A stretch of DNA of 64,000 bases, taken from assembly GCA_033442325.1 (NCBI GenBank), contig JAWQFM010000013.1:1133083-1197082 (forward strand), in the 5' to 3' direction. This DNA comes from Salpingoeca rosetta. Lineage: Eukaryota > Protista > Choanoflagellata. The position numbers and the translations under genes are program-made. This document shows positions 21,696-34,313 of this stretch, one piece after another (position 1 is the stretch's first letter; each line of letters begins with the position of its first letter). The notes under the pieces are model-generated. The model did no database searches. It was not told the DNA's origin and saw nothing but the letters and a program-made list of their open reading frames with translations.

Positions 21696-23875
21696 ATGGC
21701 AGAGCATGTGGATGACGACGATGACATGTCTCCGTCCCTGCCTCGCATCTTAAAGGCTGTTGACGCAACCCAGCTCGGGAGTGTGGAGACCGAAAAGGGC
21801 GAGTTTGTCATCGACAACCTCGGAGAACTACTGGTTCGTTCAGAATGTCCATGTTTGCGCGCCCAAACGCCCTCCACGCCTGTGCTTGTGCCTTGTTGCG
21901 TTACACTTGCGCTGTACTCGGTCCGTTTGTCGATATGGTTTATGTTTGTGAGAGTATGTGTGTGTGTGAGTGTGTGTGTGTGTGTATGTGTTGTCGGCCA
22001 CCCTGCTGTCGGTGCTGTCATCCTGCTGTCGGTGCTGTCATCCTGCTGCTTCCCTTTGCGAAGTGCTTCGAGGTTCCTGATGCTCGTGTAAATGCTGCCT
22101 TTTGATGCTTTCCTTGCTGGCGTGCCCAGCTTGTCGCACAGAGCCAGCTGTCGGAACGGCGCCTCGATCCCTTGAGCGATGCCTTCAAACAGGTGCTGTG
22201 CGCTGTGTCGATCCCGCTGCGTTTGCTCTTTCCGATGTCGTGTGTCTTGTATGCAGTTGCACCGTGCCTTGTTGTCAGGACCTGGACTAACCTCACCGCC
22301 AACGCACGTGGTTTTGCGCGCGCGCCCACGCTTCTCTCCCCTGCCGTGGTTGCTCACACGCCCGTGCAGGCATGGGAGATGTACTGCAAGGCGCACTCGA
22401 CACTGATTGTGTCGAAGGATGTAATCAACAAGGCAAGCACTGACCACATCCCCTGTGTGAGCTGCCGCCGTGCCGTGACCAAGCTCATCAACACCCTCGC
22501 CTCACCAGAGGCCCAGAAGCGCACCACCATCGACGGTTCCATCGAGGTAAGCCGCTCGCTGCCTTGGCGCGACCATGTCGACAAACCCGCCACCCTCATC
22601 ACGCGCTGTGCTTGACCTGCACGCACTTCGTGGATGTTGCTGCTGCCACCGCTGTTGACGACCACACTGATGACGATAATGCTTACGGGTGCCTGGGGGT
22701 GTCCTGTGATCGTGTCCGCTGCAGCCGCTGGCAATTGAACCGTCTGGCCGAGCACATCTGAACGCAGACGTGCTCAAAAACTTGGAGCAGACGCACCACG
22801 CCCTTTGCATCGACAAGTGCGTTGCTCGTCTTCGTATGCTGCACAGAGCTGCTCTCAGTCTACCCTTAGACACACACACTCACACATGCACACACTCACT
22901 CACACACGATCTCTCTTACGCGCACACACACACGCACGCACCGCACGATCACACACACACACACACTCACACTCACACTCGCAAAAACACACACGCGCGC
23001 ACGCACACACACGCACACACGCACGCACCGCACGATCACACTCACACACACACACACAATGCACACTGTGTTGTTGCAGGCGGTCGCTCGACATGAAGCT
23101 GCGCGGCCAGCGGTGTGAGCTGCATCGCGTGGAGTCGCAGTTCACCTTTGAGGGCAGCGACAACATCTTCTGGCTCGACTTTTGGCCAGACGTGCCCCAC
23201 CTGTGCAAGGAGAAGGTGCGGCCAGTGACAACGGTGGCGCCTGTGATTGGTGGTCTGCGGTGTGACCGTGATTGACTGCGACTGGGTTTGGTTGCGCCTG
23301 TGGACGGGGTGCGACCGTCGGCACAGGCTGCATGAGTGCTCATGCTCATGCTGCAATCTCTCCGCCCCGTTTCTGTTACTGCTGCCACTGATGCTGCCAC
23401 TGCTGCTGCTGTCTCTGGCATCGCAGATTATGACGTTCAAGGTGCAGGGCGTGGAGGATGCGCTCACGGTCCACCTCGAGAAGCTCTGCAGCCGATGCAA
23501 AGACGCGGTTGGGGAAACGGAGGGGAGGCTGTGTGTATGTGTGCGTGTGTGTGTGTGTGTGCGTGTGAGAGTGTGTATGTGTGTGTGCGTGTGAGAGAGT
23601 GTGTGAGTGTGTCTGTGTGTGCGTGTGCATCTGTTCCTCATCGGTGTGGTGGGCTTGTGGCGTTCGTGATCGTTTTGATGACACTGAAACTCACTTCGTG
23701 TACATGAACATGTGTGATTGTCGCAGGTGAACGACGCATTCACAGTCTTTCAGGAGATGCGTTGGAGCGAGTACGAGAGCTCTGCGCAGTTTTACGAAGA
23801 AACAAAGTCAGTTGATCGCCTGCTGCCGTTTAGTTGAATAGTGCCCAAGCACTGTGGTGCGTGTGTGTGTGTGTG

Positions 23876-23954
<79 letters not shown>

Positions 23955-24226
23955 CGGATGGGTGAGAGTGAGAGTGACTGCAAGGGCCCCCGCACACCTG
24001 CACCCACATGCGCTCTTACGCATGCGTGTTGCTGCCTCCTATGCACCCCATCATCACCACTGCAGATACGATCCAATCATCTTTGAGGGCCTGTCATACA
24101 ACCGCCTGGCAAAGGTCGTCCATGTCTGCGCCGAGCGTGACTACCTCGTCGAGATTATCAGTACGTGCCAACGCATATGGTGCATTGTGTGTGTGCATTG
24201 TGTGTGTGCGTGTGTGTGTGTGTGTG

Positions 24227-24273
<47 letters not shown>

Positions 24274-25232
24274 ATGAGCTGTGTAAACGAGCCTCCCCCC
24301 CCCCTTCCTGACGCCCGACCACCATCATCCATCATCCATCACCATCACCATCGCCACCATCGTCGTCGCGCCTGGGCAGACTTTTCGCGGCGGGAGGCTG
24401 TGCGAACGGACCGGCACGCGGAGTCGAACGAGAAGGCGCAAACGGAGATTGTCATCATGATGGGCAAGCTCGTCTGGCAGCGCCTCTTCGACCTCTACCG
24501 CGTGAGTTGATCGTGGTGGTCGTCGTCGTGGTTTGGGAGGAGCGGAGGGGGGAGGGATGATTGAGGGACAGTGCATGCATGTGCTGGTTTCGTGCATGTG
24601 TGTGTGCGCACATTGCCTTATTTACCGACTTTTGTAACCAACAGCCCACGATGGCGCTTCACCTATTGATGCCGCACACCCGACCGCTAACCTCCTGCCA
24701 ACTGCTGCCACTCTCGCTGCTGCTGCTGCGCATGTAACTTGCCAGGGGCTGCGACTTGGCAACCAGACGCTGATGATGACGTATGAGCTGCTGGCGTCGT
24801 GTCTCCACTCGCGCCTGACCAGCATCGCCTCGGCGAAGAGTGGTATGCTTTGCTTGTGCACACATACACACACATGCACGCACACACACGCGCATGCGTA
24901 CGTTCCTTGTCATTGGCTGTCACTTGCGCTAGAGGCCCTTGTCTCACTTCCCTCTCAAACACACACGCACACACACACACATGGGGACGTGCGTGTGTAG
25001 CTGCAAAGGCGTATGAGCTCCTGATGGAGATGGAGATGGATGAAAAGTCAAAGAAGAAGAAGAACAAGCAGCAGCAACAAGGCAAGAAGAAGAAGCAGGG
25101 CCGCAAGGGTAAACAACAGCAGCAGCAACAGCAGCAGCAGCAGCAGCAGAAAGGTGCAAAGTCCAAAGCGTCGAGTGGCGACGCCGCGTCAGCCGCGTCG
25201 TCATCGTCTTCTTCATCCCAGCAGAAGCAGCA

Positions 25233-25263
<31 letters not shown>

Positions 25264-26278
25264 AAACACAAGCGGCCCCTCACGCCAGAGACGGTGGCGG
25301 CGAATTGGGAGAGCAAGATGATTGAGCCGTCGGACGAGCGGCACGCCCCGCCAGGCGGCACCAAGGGGAAGAAACATCCGAACCACGCACCAGCCGCAGC
25401 AGCAGCAGCAGGAGGCACATCGAACAAGGGCTCCAAGAAGAACAACAGCAGTGGTGGCAGTGGGGCCAACGGCAGCGCCTCAGGTCAACCGAAGCATCGC
25501 AAGACGCGAGATGGGAGCGGCAGAGGTGGTGGTGGCGGCGGAGGTGGCGGTGGGGGTGGTGATGATGATGATGAGGACGCAGCCGCAGCTGATGGCGACG
25601 GCGATGGCAGCGGCAGCTATGTTGATGCTGCTGGGATCCGGCGCACGAAGCACGGGTACGTGGACTACGACGAGCGCGTGACGATGGCCGTCAACCTTGG
25701 CCACCACACCGTGCTGACCATGCCCTTTCCCTCAATCCTGTTTGTCGACGACGACACTGGCGAGGAGGTGGAGGAGCCTGTGGTTGATGAGGAAGAGGAA
25801 GAGGAAGAGGAAGGTGCTGCTGCGGTAGTGCTGTGCGACGCCGTGTTGCCCTCTGCCGTCACTCCACGCGAGCGCAGGCTCCTTACCGCCATGGGCTGGC
25901 CCGGATACGAAAAGGTCAGCTGGAGGCGTTGTTTGTTTGGTTGTTTGTTTGCTTTGGTTGTTTGTTTGCTTTGGTTGTTTGTTTGCTTTGGTTGTTTGTT
26001 GCTTTGGTTGTTTGTTTTGTTTGCTTTAGTTGTTTGCTTTGGCTGGTTGGTTCGTTTGTGTCATCCCTTTCGCCCATGCCTTTGGTTGTGCATTCCACCC
26101 AGATGACGCGTGAGGACCGTATTGCTGCGCGAGAGCTGGCAGTTCTCCTGGAACACCACTTTGACCACTTCAAGGTCGGCGCCAGTTGCATTTCCTTCCT
26201 TTTGCTGGCCGGTGTTTGGCTTGATCGACCATTTCTTTCCCGCACACCCGTGCACACACACACACACAACACACACAC

Positions 26279-26314
<36 letters not shown>

Positions 26315-26449
26315 CACACACAACACACACACACACAACACACACACACAACACACCGCCACCACAATCAGGCGGAGCAACTTCATGGCCGGGAGGCGAT
26401 TGCCGTCTGCTTTGACCATTTCCTGTCGCAGCTGCAAGCCGGGCACTGA
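21696..26449 (+). CDS. GGNBP2: Gametogenetin-binding protein 2 (GGNBP2/ZNF403) homologue, more than 10 exons
   Basis: Ordered blocks match my recollection of GGNBP2: IPCVSCRRAVTKL, PLAIEPSG, RCELH, WLDFW, LCSRCKDAVNDAF, IFEGL..VHVCAERDYL, DRHAESNEKAQTEI..MGKLVWQRL, then a Lys-rich region. Last exon 26372-26449. Confidence 0.78.
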
Positions 26450-27466
26450 GCGGGGCTGGCGGTGGTGATGATGATGGTGATGGTGATGGTGATGATGGTG
26501 ATGGTGATTTGTTACTATCGTCGTCGTTGTCGCTGGTGTTGTTGGTCGTGGGTGGTCCGTGGTCGCCGTTGTTACGAGTGCCCCTGCCTTCATCGTCGTC
26601 GTTGTTGTCGTGATGATGAGCTTGATGATGAGCTTGATCTTCCACCGGCGCCCATCCGCCGCGTGCCCCACTCTATTTGCACCCGCAAGAGTCCGTCCAT
26701 ATGTTCATTGGAGTTTTAGATTCTTCCTCGCTCGCGTGTTTTGCTTTTGGTTTTGCTCGCAAGCTTTTGCGTGCGTCTGCAGTGAAGGTTACGCACCTCT
26801 TTCCTCTCGTGCTTCCTTCTCCTGCTTTCTTCTCCTCCCCTCTTTCTTTCTTTCTTTTTTGCTGCTTCTCGCACCCCTCTGCTTTGCGTTTGTCATACGG
26901 GCTTACACTTGCCCTCTTCTTCTCTTCTTTGTAATCTGTTCTTCACTATCCTCGGCATACCATGCCGTGTCATGCTGCTTGATCGCTTGCTGGTTTGTCC
27001 TTCTGCACCCCCCCCCCCCTTTATCTTCCCTCTTTCCCTTCCCTCTTTCTCTTCCTCTCTTTCTCTCTCCCCCCCCCCCCGCCCCTCTCCTTCTTTCCCT
27101 CCCCCTCCTTCCTCTTCCCTCCTCTTTCCTCCTATTCCTGGTTTCGTGTGTCTTGTGCTCGCTTCTTGTGCCTGCTACACCCTTCCGCGTGTCCTTATTG
27201 AGCTTGCCACCCCACGCTCGAACATGTGGCTGTCTCGCCACGTGCCGCCAACCCTCACTGGTGGAGAAAAGGTGGCATGTGCCTGCATGTGTCGTGGCAA
27301 GGTCATTACAGAGCCGTCTTAGGGAGCTGTTGTTTACTCATCGATCAATCAACGTGAAATCCCTTCACACACACAGACATACACACACACACACACCAGG
27401 GCGGAATGTACAGTTTGGGTTTGGAGACAAAAACGGGGAGTTGACATTGGGAAGAAGCGACGTGTA

Positions 27467-28231
27467 CTAATCGTCGCGGCTGTGCCTGTGCTTACTCTTC
27501 TTGCTCTTCTTGTGCTTGTGCTTCTTCTTGTCCTTGTGCCTCTTCTTCTCCTTGTGTCTCTTCTTGTCCTTCTTCTTGTGCTTCTTCCTGCCCCTCTTCT
27601 CGTCGCTGTCGCTTGCTGACCCGCGCCGGCCCAGGCGGTCTCGCTCCCGCCGCGACATGTAGTGCTGTTGTTGCGGTATTGCGTGAGCGTGTGAGTGAGA
27701 GTGTGTCAGTGTGTGCGTGTGTCTGTGTCAGTGTGAGTGTGTGTCTGTGTCTGTGTTTGTGTGTGTCTGTGTCTGTGTCTGCGTGTCTGTGTCTGCGTGT
27801 CTGTGTGGTTGGATGGTGCTTCGGACATGGCCTCTTGTTCCGCCCTCCCTCCATCACAGCCCAAGCCACCAGACAGCAGGCACAGATCGCATCAAAACAC
27901 GACTCACCTTTTCCGATTTCTGCGGAGCACATGCAGACCATGCCATGCAAGTCCGTGGAACATACAGAGGGGGGCAAAGGTCAGAGTGGTGATATGGGAT
28001 GACAATGACGAGCTGTGCACATGCAAGCAGACATTGAATGGGTACAGACTGTCCGTTCGACTTACCTCACGAAGAGGCGAGCGCGAGCGTGAGCGTGAGC
28101 GATCTCTGTTGCCGTGACGTTACATCAACACCACAGGGGTGAGTGAGTAAACGAGTGGGGGTGTGGTAGTGTGGGGGTGAGAGAGTGTGGGGGTGAGAGA
28201 GTGAGGGAGTGAACGTGGGTTTGTTTGAAGT

Positions 28232-28284
<53 letters not shown>

Positions 28285-28482
28285 CTTTGCTTGCTCACAC
28301 GACAGCTCGCACGAGACCACAAAGCACTCGTGTGACTCACAGTTCATCATCGGAAAGGCGGCCAAGATCGTTGTCTTCCTCGGAGTCTGTGTCACTGGAC
28401 GTGGAGGAGACATCCAAATGCACCTGTCCCTGGTCACCAACAGGAATGTAGTTCCTGCACTGGAACGCCAGATGACCAACTG

Positions 28483-28552
<70 letters not shown>

Positions 28553-28796
28553 CAGGATGCGCAATGTCGTTTTGACGCCACAAAAAGCAGGGACACCAGG
28601 CATTTGTTCACACGCACATGCACAAAACAAGGCTCTCTTTGCACACACTTTGCACACACTTTGCACACGCTTTGCAAACCCACGTACCAAAGCCACACTT
28701 CTTGCATGCACCAATCTTCTCTTGCACTTGGCCGGAGAGGCGCGCTGTGATGGCCTCAAGCGTGCGTGGCTTGTCGTCCTTTGGCAACCCACTCAT
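27467..28796 (-). CDS. SREK1IP1: SREK1-interacting protein 1 (zinc knuckle, RS- and Lys-rich splicing-related protein)
   Basis: GACKKCGF|VGHLAFQCRNY...LDVSSTSSDTDSEE (CCHC knuckle plus LDVSSTSS signature). RS exon near 28065-28120. C-terminal KKHKKKDKK run. Confidence 0.87.
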
Positions 28797-29052
28797 CTTC
28801 GCGTCGAGTGAGTGTGTGTGGGGGGTGCAAGCTTGCTTGCTTGGTTCTGGTGTCGGCTGTGTCGCAGCAAACGTTTGCGGTGTGAGTTGTGACGATTGAT
28901 GAATGTCTTCATGCAATTTTCAGCACACAGTGCCAAAGACACAACACACACACACACACACACAGCCGGGAGCAGTGTAAGATTTCAGCGAGTTTTCCCC
29001 AATAAACAAGGGCACGCAAACACACACACACACACACAGACACACACATGAG

Positions 29053-31611
29053 ATGTCGCTGCCCATTGGTGTGACAGAGTGTTGGGTACTTGTTGCCAGG
29101 CACTTGCTGGATGGCGGTGATGAGAAGGCGAACGAGGAGGAGGAGGAGCGACATCGCGTGTCTCACCATGCGAAGAAAGACCGACTTAGGTCCTTCTTCA
29201 ACCTGATGATGACGTGCCGCCTCCTATACCACGACTTGCCGTGGGCGCTTCCAAAATGGTACCTGCGCCAAGTCGCCATGCCCGCGAACGCCAACATCCC
29301 AGCGTTTTCACGCCATAGCGTCACGCCTGACTTTCTCTTCCGCACGCAGTGGCTGGACTCGTTTCAAGAGGAGGTCACCACCGTGCAGCCACAGCCACAG
29401 CCACAGCCACAGCCACAGCATGCCGACGATGACGAGCCGGAGCAAAGCACACCTGCACAGCGCGCGGGCATCAGCAGCATGCCGCCGGCCAAGCTCAAGG
29501 CGTGGCTTGAAACCCGCTTTCTCGTGTACTCGTGGCTTGGCGTCACGTGGGACGCCACCTTCTGCATGTACCTTTGCGATGCAGTGTCAGACGCATCCTC
29601 CTTCTCGCCTTCGTTCCGGAACGACTTTGCCCGCTTCGGTCGCTTGAAGTTCGTCACCCTTCAGCGCCTGGAGCTATGGGCCAGCCGTGATCCTCCTCAG
29701 CAGCAGCAACAGCACTTGCAGCCGAAGCAGGATGATGATGATGAGGATGATGACGAGGATGAGGATGAGGAGGAACAGGGCGCACCATCCGCTCATACAT
29801 CACACGTCGCCGTGCAACAGGCACGCAGCAATGTGTCGTCCGCCGCCACCGATGGTGCCGCCCAGCACGCGGAAGCACTAGCAGATACACGGGCAGAGCA
29901 CAGCAGTTTGCCCGTGAGCCCAACGCCAGCAACTTCAGCAACAACTCCAGCAACACTGGCCTCCTCTGCAGCGACGACTGCAGCTCCAATTTTGAAGCCT
30001 GCAGTGGTTTCGTTGGTCATCCAGCATGCAACGCAGGATGCCATCACTCGGCTCGATCACAGTCTTGGTGTGCTCGGCCATCCACAGGTGGAGTTTCTGG
30101 AGATCAGTGCCACCAGCCGCATTCCAGTGCTACGCCTGCGCAACATCGACTGGCTTGAACTGCGAACGTCCGGCCCAGTTGACCGGCTGGAGTTGACACG
30201 CGTGAACCGGGTGTCCTGGAACCCGGCAAGCGAGCAACAAACCCGCATCCATGGCCAGTTTGGAGGCGTTCGCGACGTGGAGTTGCTTGGGTTTGGGGAG
30301 TCGAGGCTGGAACACATTGACGCCCTCGAGGGCGTGCCTTGTGTCACTCTCAACAACTGCCCACGCGTCACCAATCTGGGCCCTTTGAAGCGCGCCCAGA
30401 CGGTGAAGCTGTACAGATCAAACGCCTCCGACCTTTCTGCAGTCAGCAATGTCCCAGAAGTGCACTTGGTCAGCTTGCCGAACGCTTCCATGGAAGCCTT
30501 GACACTGCGAAGCACGCGCGTCTGGCTCAAACACCTGCACAGCCTCACAAACACGCTGAATGTGCCAAACGCCACGACCATCCGGGTCATTGATTGCCAC
30601 AACTTACAGCGCATCGTTTGCGGTGATGGTACGGGACACGATGCCGTTGGACACAGTCGCGACGGTGATAGTGATGGTGACGTAATCGGCGCTGGTGGTG
30701 TGCATCTGTCTTTGTTGCGAGTACGCGGATGCCCACGAATGAAGACGCTGCCTTCATTTGAGCACGCAGACATTGTTGACATCGACATAGACCTGGAAGG
30801 CGAAAGCTTGCAGCGGCTGTGCCAGCGTGTTGACACCATCATCCTGAACAAACCTGCATCGTTATCGCATCGCATACAGCAAGCACTGCACACGCTTCCC
30901 CCGCACGTGCGCGTGAAAATTTGTGATTTTTCGACCGGCCTCCTCGCGAACCCCTTGCCACCGTGCGTGGCGACACTCAAGTGCAAGATGTACAGCTCGA
31001 GTCTCGACGTTCATCATTACGCCCCGCATGTGCGGCACCTGAGCGCCGTCGGAATGGGTCACCGGCGCTCACTCCAAGGAGTTGACAAGCTGCCGCACCT
31101 CAAGCATGTGTTTGCGGGGCTGTGTACCATCTTCGCCAAGTTTGATGGCTGCCGAGCTGTTTCAGTCGTTGATTGCCCCGGGCACATTACCATCAACGCC
31201 GCGGAGGCAGTGTATGCTGTTCATGGTGAGGTGCGCTCCCTCACCAACGTGGCCAACGCAGAATTGCAAAACATGGATGAGAGGACCAATCCTTACAGCA
31301 CAAGAAATGTCGCCACGTGCCGCGTGCTTGAGAGTCATATTAACTCGCTTGCCCCGTTCGCGGGGGTGCAGCGCCTGCTGCTGGAAAAATGCACCTTTGA
31401 CAGTCTTGATTACATGCCTGCGAGGCTGACGACGCTTCGACTGCACAACTGCCGCATGAAGACACGCAGACACAAGTGGCCGGACGTTGTTCTCGTCGAC
31501 AGGTCCAGGGAAGAGATGCTCACCATCATTCGTCGCCTCATGCCCGCGTCTGCTCTTCGCGCTGATGGTGATGACGGCCACGACGTGGATGCAGGGTACA
31601 CCGTGTCCTGA
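29053..31611 (+). CDS. Intronless 852-aa leucine-rich-repeat protein with degenerate N-terminal F-box-like motif
   Basis: Single long ORF. LP...WVLVARHL...LMMTCRLLY at the N-terminus. LRR-like units such as IDALEGVPCVTLNNCPRVTNLGPLKRAQTVKL, DLSAVSNVPEVHL, SLAPFAGVQRLLLEKC. Confidence 0.7.
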   Translation: MSLPIGVTECWVLVARHLLDGGDEKANEEEEERHRVSHHAKKDRLRSFFNLMMTCRLLYHDLPWALPKWYLRQVAMPANANIPAFSRHSVTPDFLFRTQWLDSFQEEVTTVQPQPQPQPQPQHADDDEPEQSTPAQRAGISSMPPAKLKAWLETRFLVYSWLGVTWDATFCMYLCDAVSDASSFSPSFRNDFARFGRLKFVTLQRLELWASRDPPQQQQQHLQPKQDDDDEDDDEDEDEEEQGAPSAHTSHVAVQQARSNVSSAATDGAAQHAEALADTRAEHSSLPVSPTPATSATTPATLASSAATTAAPILKPAVVSLVIQHATQDAITRLDHSLGVLGHPQVEFLEISATSRIPVLRLRNIDWLELRTSGPVDRLELTRVNRVSWNPASEQQTRIHGQFGGVRDVELLGFGESRLEHIDALEGVPCVTLNNCPRVTNLGPLKRAQTVKLYRSNASDLSAVSNVPEVHLVSLPNASMEALTLRSTRVWLKHLHSLTNTLNVPNATTIRVIDCHNLQRIVCGDGTGHDAVGHSRDGDSDGDVIGAGGVHLSLLRVRGCPRMKTLPSFEHADIVDIDIDLEGESLQRLCQRVDTIILNKPASLSHRIQQALHTLPPHVRVKICDFSTGLLANPLPPCVATLKCKMYSSSLDVHHYAPHVRHLSAVGMGHRRSLQGVDKLPHLKHVFAGLCTIFAKFDGCRAVSVVDCPGHITINAAEAVYAVHGEVRSLTNVANAELQNMDERTNPYSTRNVATCRVLESHINSLAPFAGVQRLLLEKCTFDSLDYMPARLTTLRLHNCRMKTRRHKWPDVVLVDRSREEMLTIIRRLMPASALRADGDDGHDVDAGYTVS

Positions 31612-31626
31612 TGATTGAAGTTGTTT

Positions 31627-31657
<31 letters not shown>

Positions 31658-31950
31658 CGGTGCATAAACATTACAATTTACGTTGGTGCACCGAACATGA
31701 CGTTGTTGGTTTGTTGTTATTGTGACAAGCTGCAGCACAGTTTGACACGAACCAACACAGAACACATACCTATCGCTAGTGAAGAAGCGCGTAGTAAAAG
31801 GTGTTGCAATTAAATGGATCGAGTAAAAAGGCAGCAAGTGCAGACACACACTCGCACACAAACACAAACACACACACACGTCGTGTATAATCAACAGCAT
31901 ACTTCTCGTCACGAGCATACTTCAATTCAAGAGCAATATGATGACACTGT

Positions 31951-33078
31951 TCACCCTCCCCAACGGGCTGTACGTGTGTTGCCTTTGGGTAAAGTGCGTG
32001 CAAGCAGCGTCATGGCCGCGTCCATTGCATCCGGAGGATCACCCGCATGGTCGTGCAACGTAACGCTGCGTGATGATGATCGCTGCGAGCGCATTACATC
32101 ATCACGTGGTGGTGTGGAGAGCTGGAGGCGATGCGCAGCCCGGCCGAGGCGAGCACGTGCTGCGTCAACCCACCCAGATTCCAAGCGACCCAGCAGCTCT
32201 GTATACAACGCCGGGGCGGTCACATCTGTATCGACTACCACAACCACATCATCAAGTCTCCCTGCGCTGCGGCCTGAACCCATAGAGGGAGAGGATTCGG
32301 AGGCAGTCATGCTGGGGAAGGCGTGAAGACCTTCTTCTTGGTTGCTGTGATCATGATCGTGTTTGATCCAGATGCCTGCAAGCACGCTGTCCATGGCCCG
32401 TCGCTGCAGCTCCAGGATGACGGGGATGCCGCCCATGAGCATGCAGTCGAACATGGCACGGCGCAAATCCGTGTCTCCGGGCGGCTGCAGGCAGAATTGG
32501 CTGTCTAGGTCTGATGATGGGTCATAAGTGGGCCGAGGCGGGAAGGCGGCAAGAGCGGAGGAAACAAAACCACTGGGTGCATCAGCCGTGGAAGAGAGCT
32601 ATGCCAAAAGGAGTATGAAAAACACACACACATACACACACACACACACACACACGCAAGCACGCACACATTGCAGTGGACGTGTGACGGTGTGCATCAC
32701 ACATGCACGCAAATCGCACGCATCACCTCTCAGTACACATCACACGTACAAGTTGCGAGCATGGTGAGTCCTGGGTTGAAGTAGTCACTGCGGCGTTGCC
32801 CTGAGGCGAGGTTTGGGGTGAAGAACAAGTCATTCAGACCCAACACGCGCCCTCGCTGCACCAGTGCTGAGCTGGGCGTTTGCTGCAGCTCTCGCACAAG
32901 CCGTTTGCGATAGCGCTTCAGCCGCCAGCTGTTCGAGCACAAGCATTTGGATGATCTCATGAACACACTGGAACATATTGTACATGCATGCACGCACGCA
33001 CTTATGCTGAAGAGCAACACTCAGTAAACACAGATACACACACACACACACACACGCACACACACACACACACACACG

Positions 33079-33134
<56 letters not shown>

Positions 33135-34233
33135 CACACATGCACACATGGGGGCGCGTGCTCTCGTACCTGCGGTCAATGCTGCCTTGAAAGGCAAGGA
33201 GATGGGTGCGGTGGGTTTGGGTGGACTTGTTGAAGAGTTGCGGAAACACGCTTGCGTAGTTGCCGGCCCAGCCAAGGTGGAGAGGAGCATGGACGCCAGT
33301 CGGACATGCCATCACCCAGGGTGCACATGCGAGGCCAGATGGGCAGTCCTCGTATCGATCAATCAGCGATACCAAGGTGTTGCTGTTGAGGTCGCATGCT
33401 TCTCTGGATATCCCGGCAGCGTGCTTCTCGTAGCTCTCTCGCCACCACCGCGAGCTGAACTTCCCACGCAATAATCAGGCAAACAAGTATGAACCGTAGG
33501 CAGGGGAAGCATGGGATGAGGACAAGGCAAGCGTGGCAACGCACATGACACGGGGCGGACAACGCGGGTGCACGTGCATTCATCAGCGTTCAGAGTTGAA
33601 TGTGTGCTGTGTGTGCTGATGGAAAGTTGGGCAGGCAACTGCAGGCATTTCTGCATTTGGGGCCATGCGCAGCCCTTTTGAGGCTGTTCATGGTTTGCAT
33701 GCAGGCAAGCGCGTTCTTCGCCTTCTTCTCACGTGGAAGCGGGGTAGTCTGTGGGACAGCGTGCCATTGCGTAGAAGCCGGGACTCTTGTTGGTAGAAAG
33801 CAGCGTAGTTTCGGGTGCAGCCGTAGGCGAACACGACGTCGGCGTCCGTGATGGAGGTCACGCGAAGCGGCGACAGCCACAGCCGAAGGTGCATCATCGC
33901 AGCCATGCGATACTCATTGGTGTCAAACAGCCAGCCGCGTCGTGCAAGCAGCGCCAGGGTTTCCAGTGCGGCCGCCGACATGTTGTTGTGCATTGGCGTG
34001 AGCGCCCGCACAACGTCGCGTGCAGACAGCGCCGTGCCAAACGCATCTTCCAGCGTTCCGTCTGACACGAACTCGTGATGCCGTTGAGCCAGCGTTGGCG
34101 GCTCCACCACATACACGCGGAGCTTAGGCTGTGGCACCCGCAGGGCATGCACGCTCAACACCAGCCCAAGTAGTAGAGCAAGCAGTGCACTCTGCAACCG
34201 AGCAAGAGGAACGCCGCTGCACAACGGAGTCAT
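31951..34233 (-). CDS. GT47 (exostosin-family) glycosyltransferase, multi-exon
   Basis: N-terminal signal/anchor, KLRVYVVE, RVTSITDADVVF, RTHLLAFQG and the GT47 signature SQFCLQPPGDTDLRRAMFDCMLMGGIPVI near 32420-32505. Internal exon boundaries approximate. Confidence 0.82.
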
Positions 34234-34313
34234 TCTCGTTGTCAGCGTCACGTTGTTTTCTTGCGCAACAGTCGTCCAAAAACCAAAACAACACAGAAGC
34301 AAAGAAGAGAGAG
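34234..34313. promoter_or_regulatory. Putative bidirectional promoter GT47/xylitol dehydrogenase (80 bp between ATGs)
   Basis: Head-to-head start codons at 34233(-) and 34314(+). Confidence 0.6.

Noticed and set aside
22001-22047. Short intronic tandem repeats (20-mer here; 11-mer near 28640, 8-mer near 38030, 12-mer near 52810, 7-mer near 56615)
   Set aside because: Ordinary slippage minisatellites that do not touch splice sites and share no unit.
26559-27470. 303-aa hydrophobic ORF / polypyrimidine-rich stretch between GGNBP2 and SREK1IP1
   Set aside because: Low-complexity CT-rich sequence between convergent 3' ends, possibly low quality. No domain signal.
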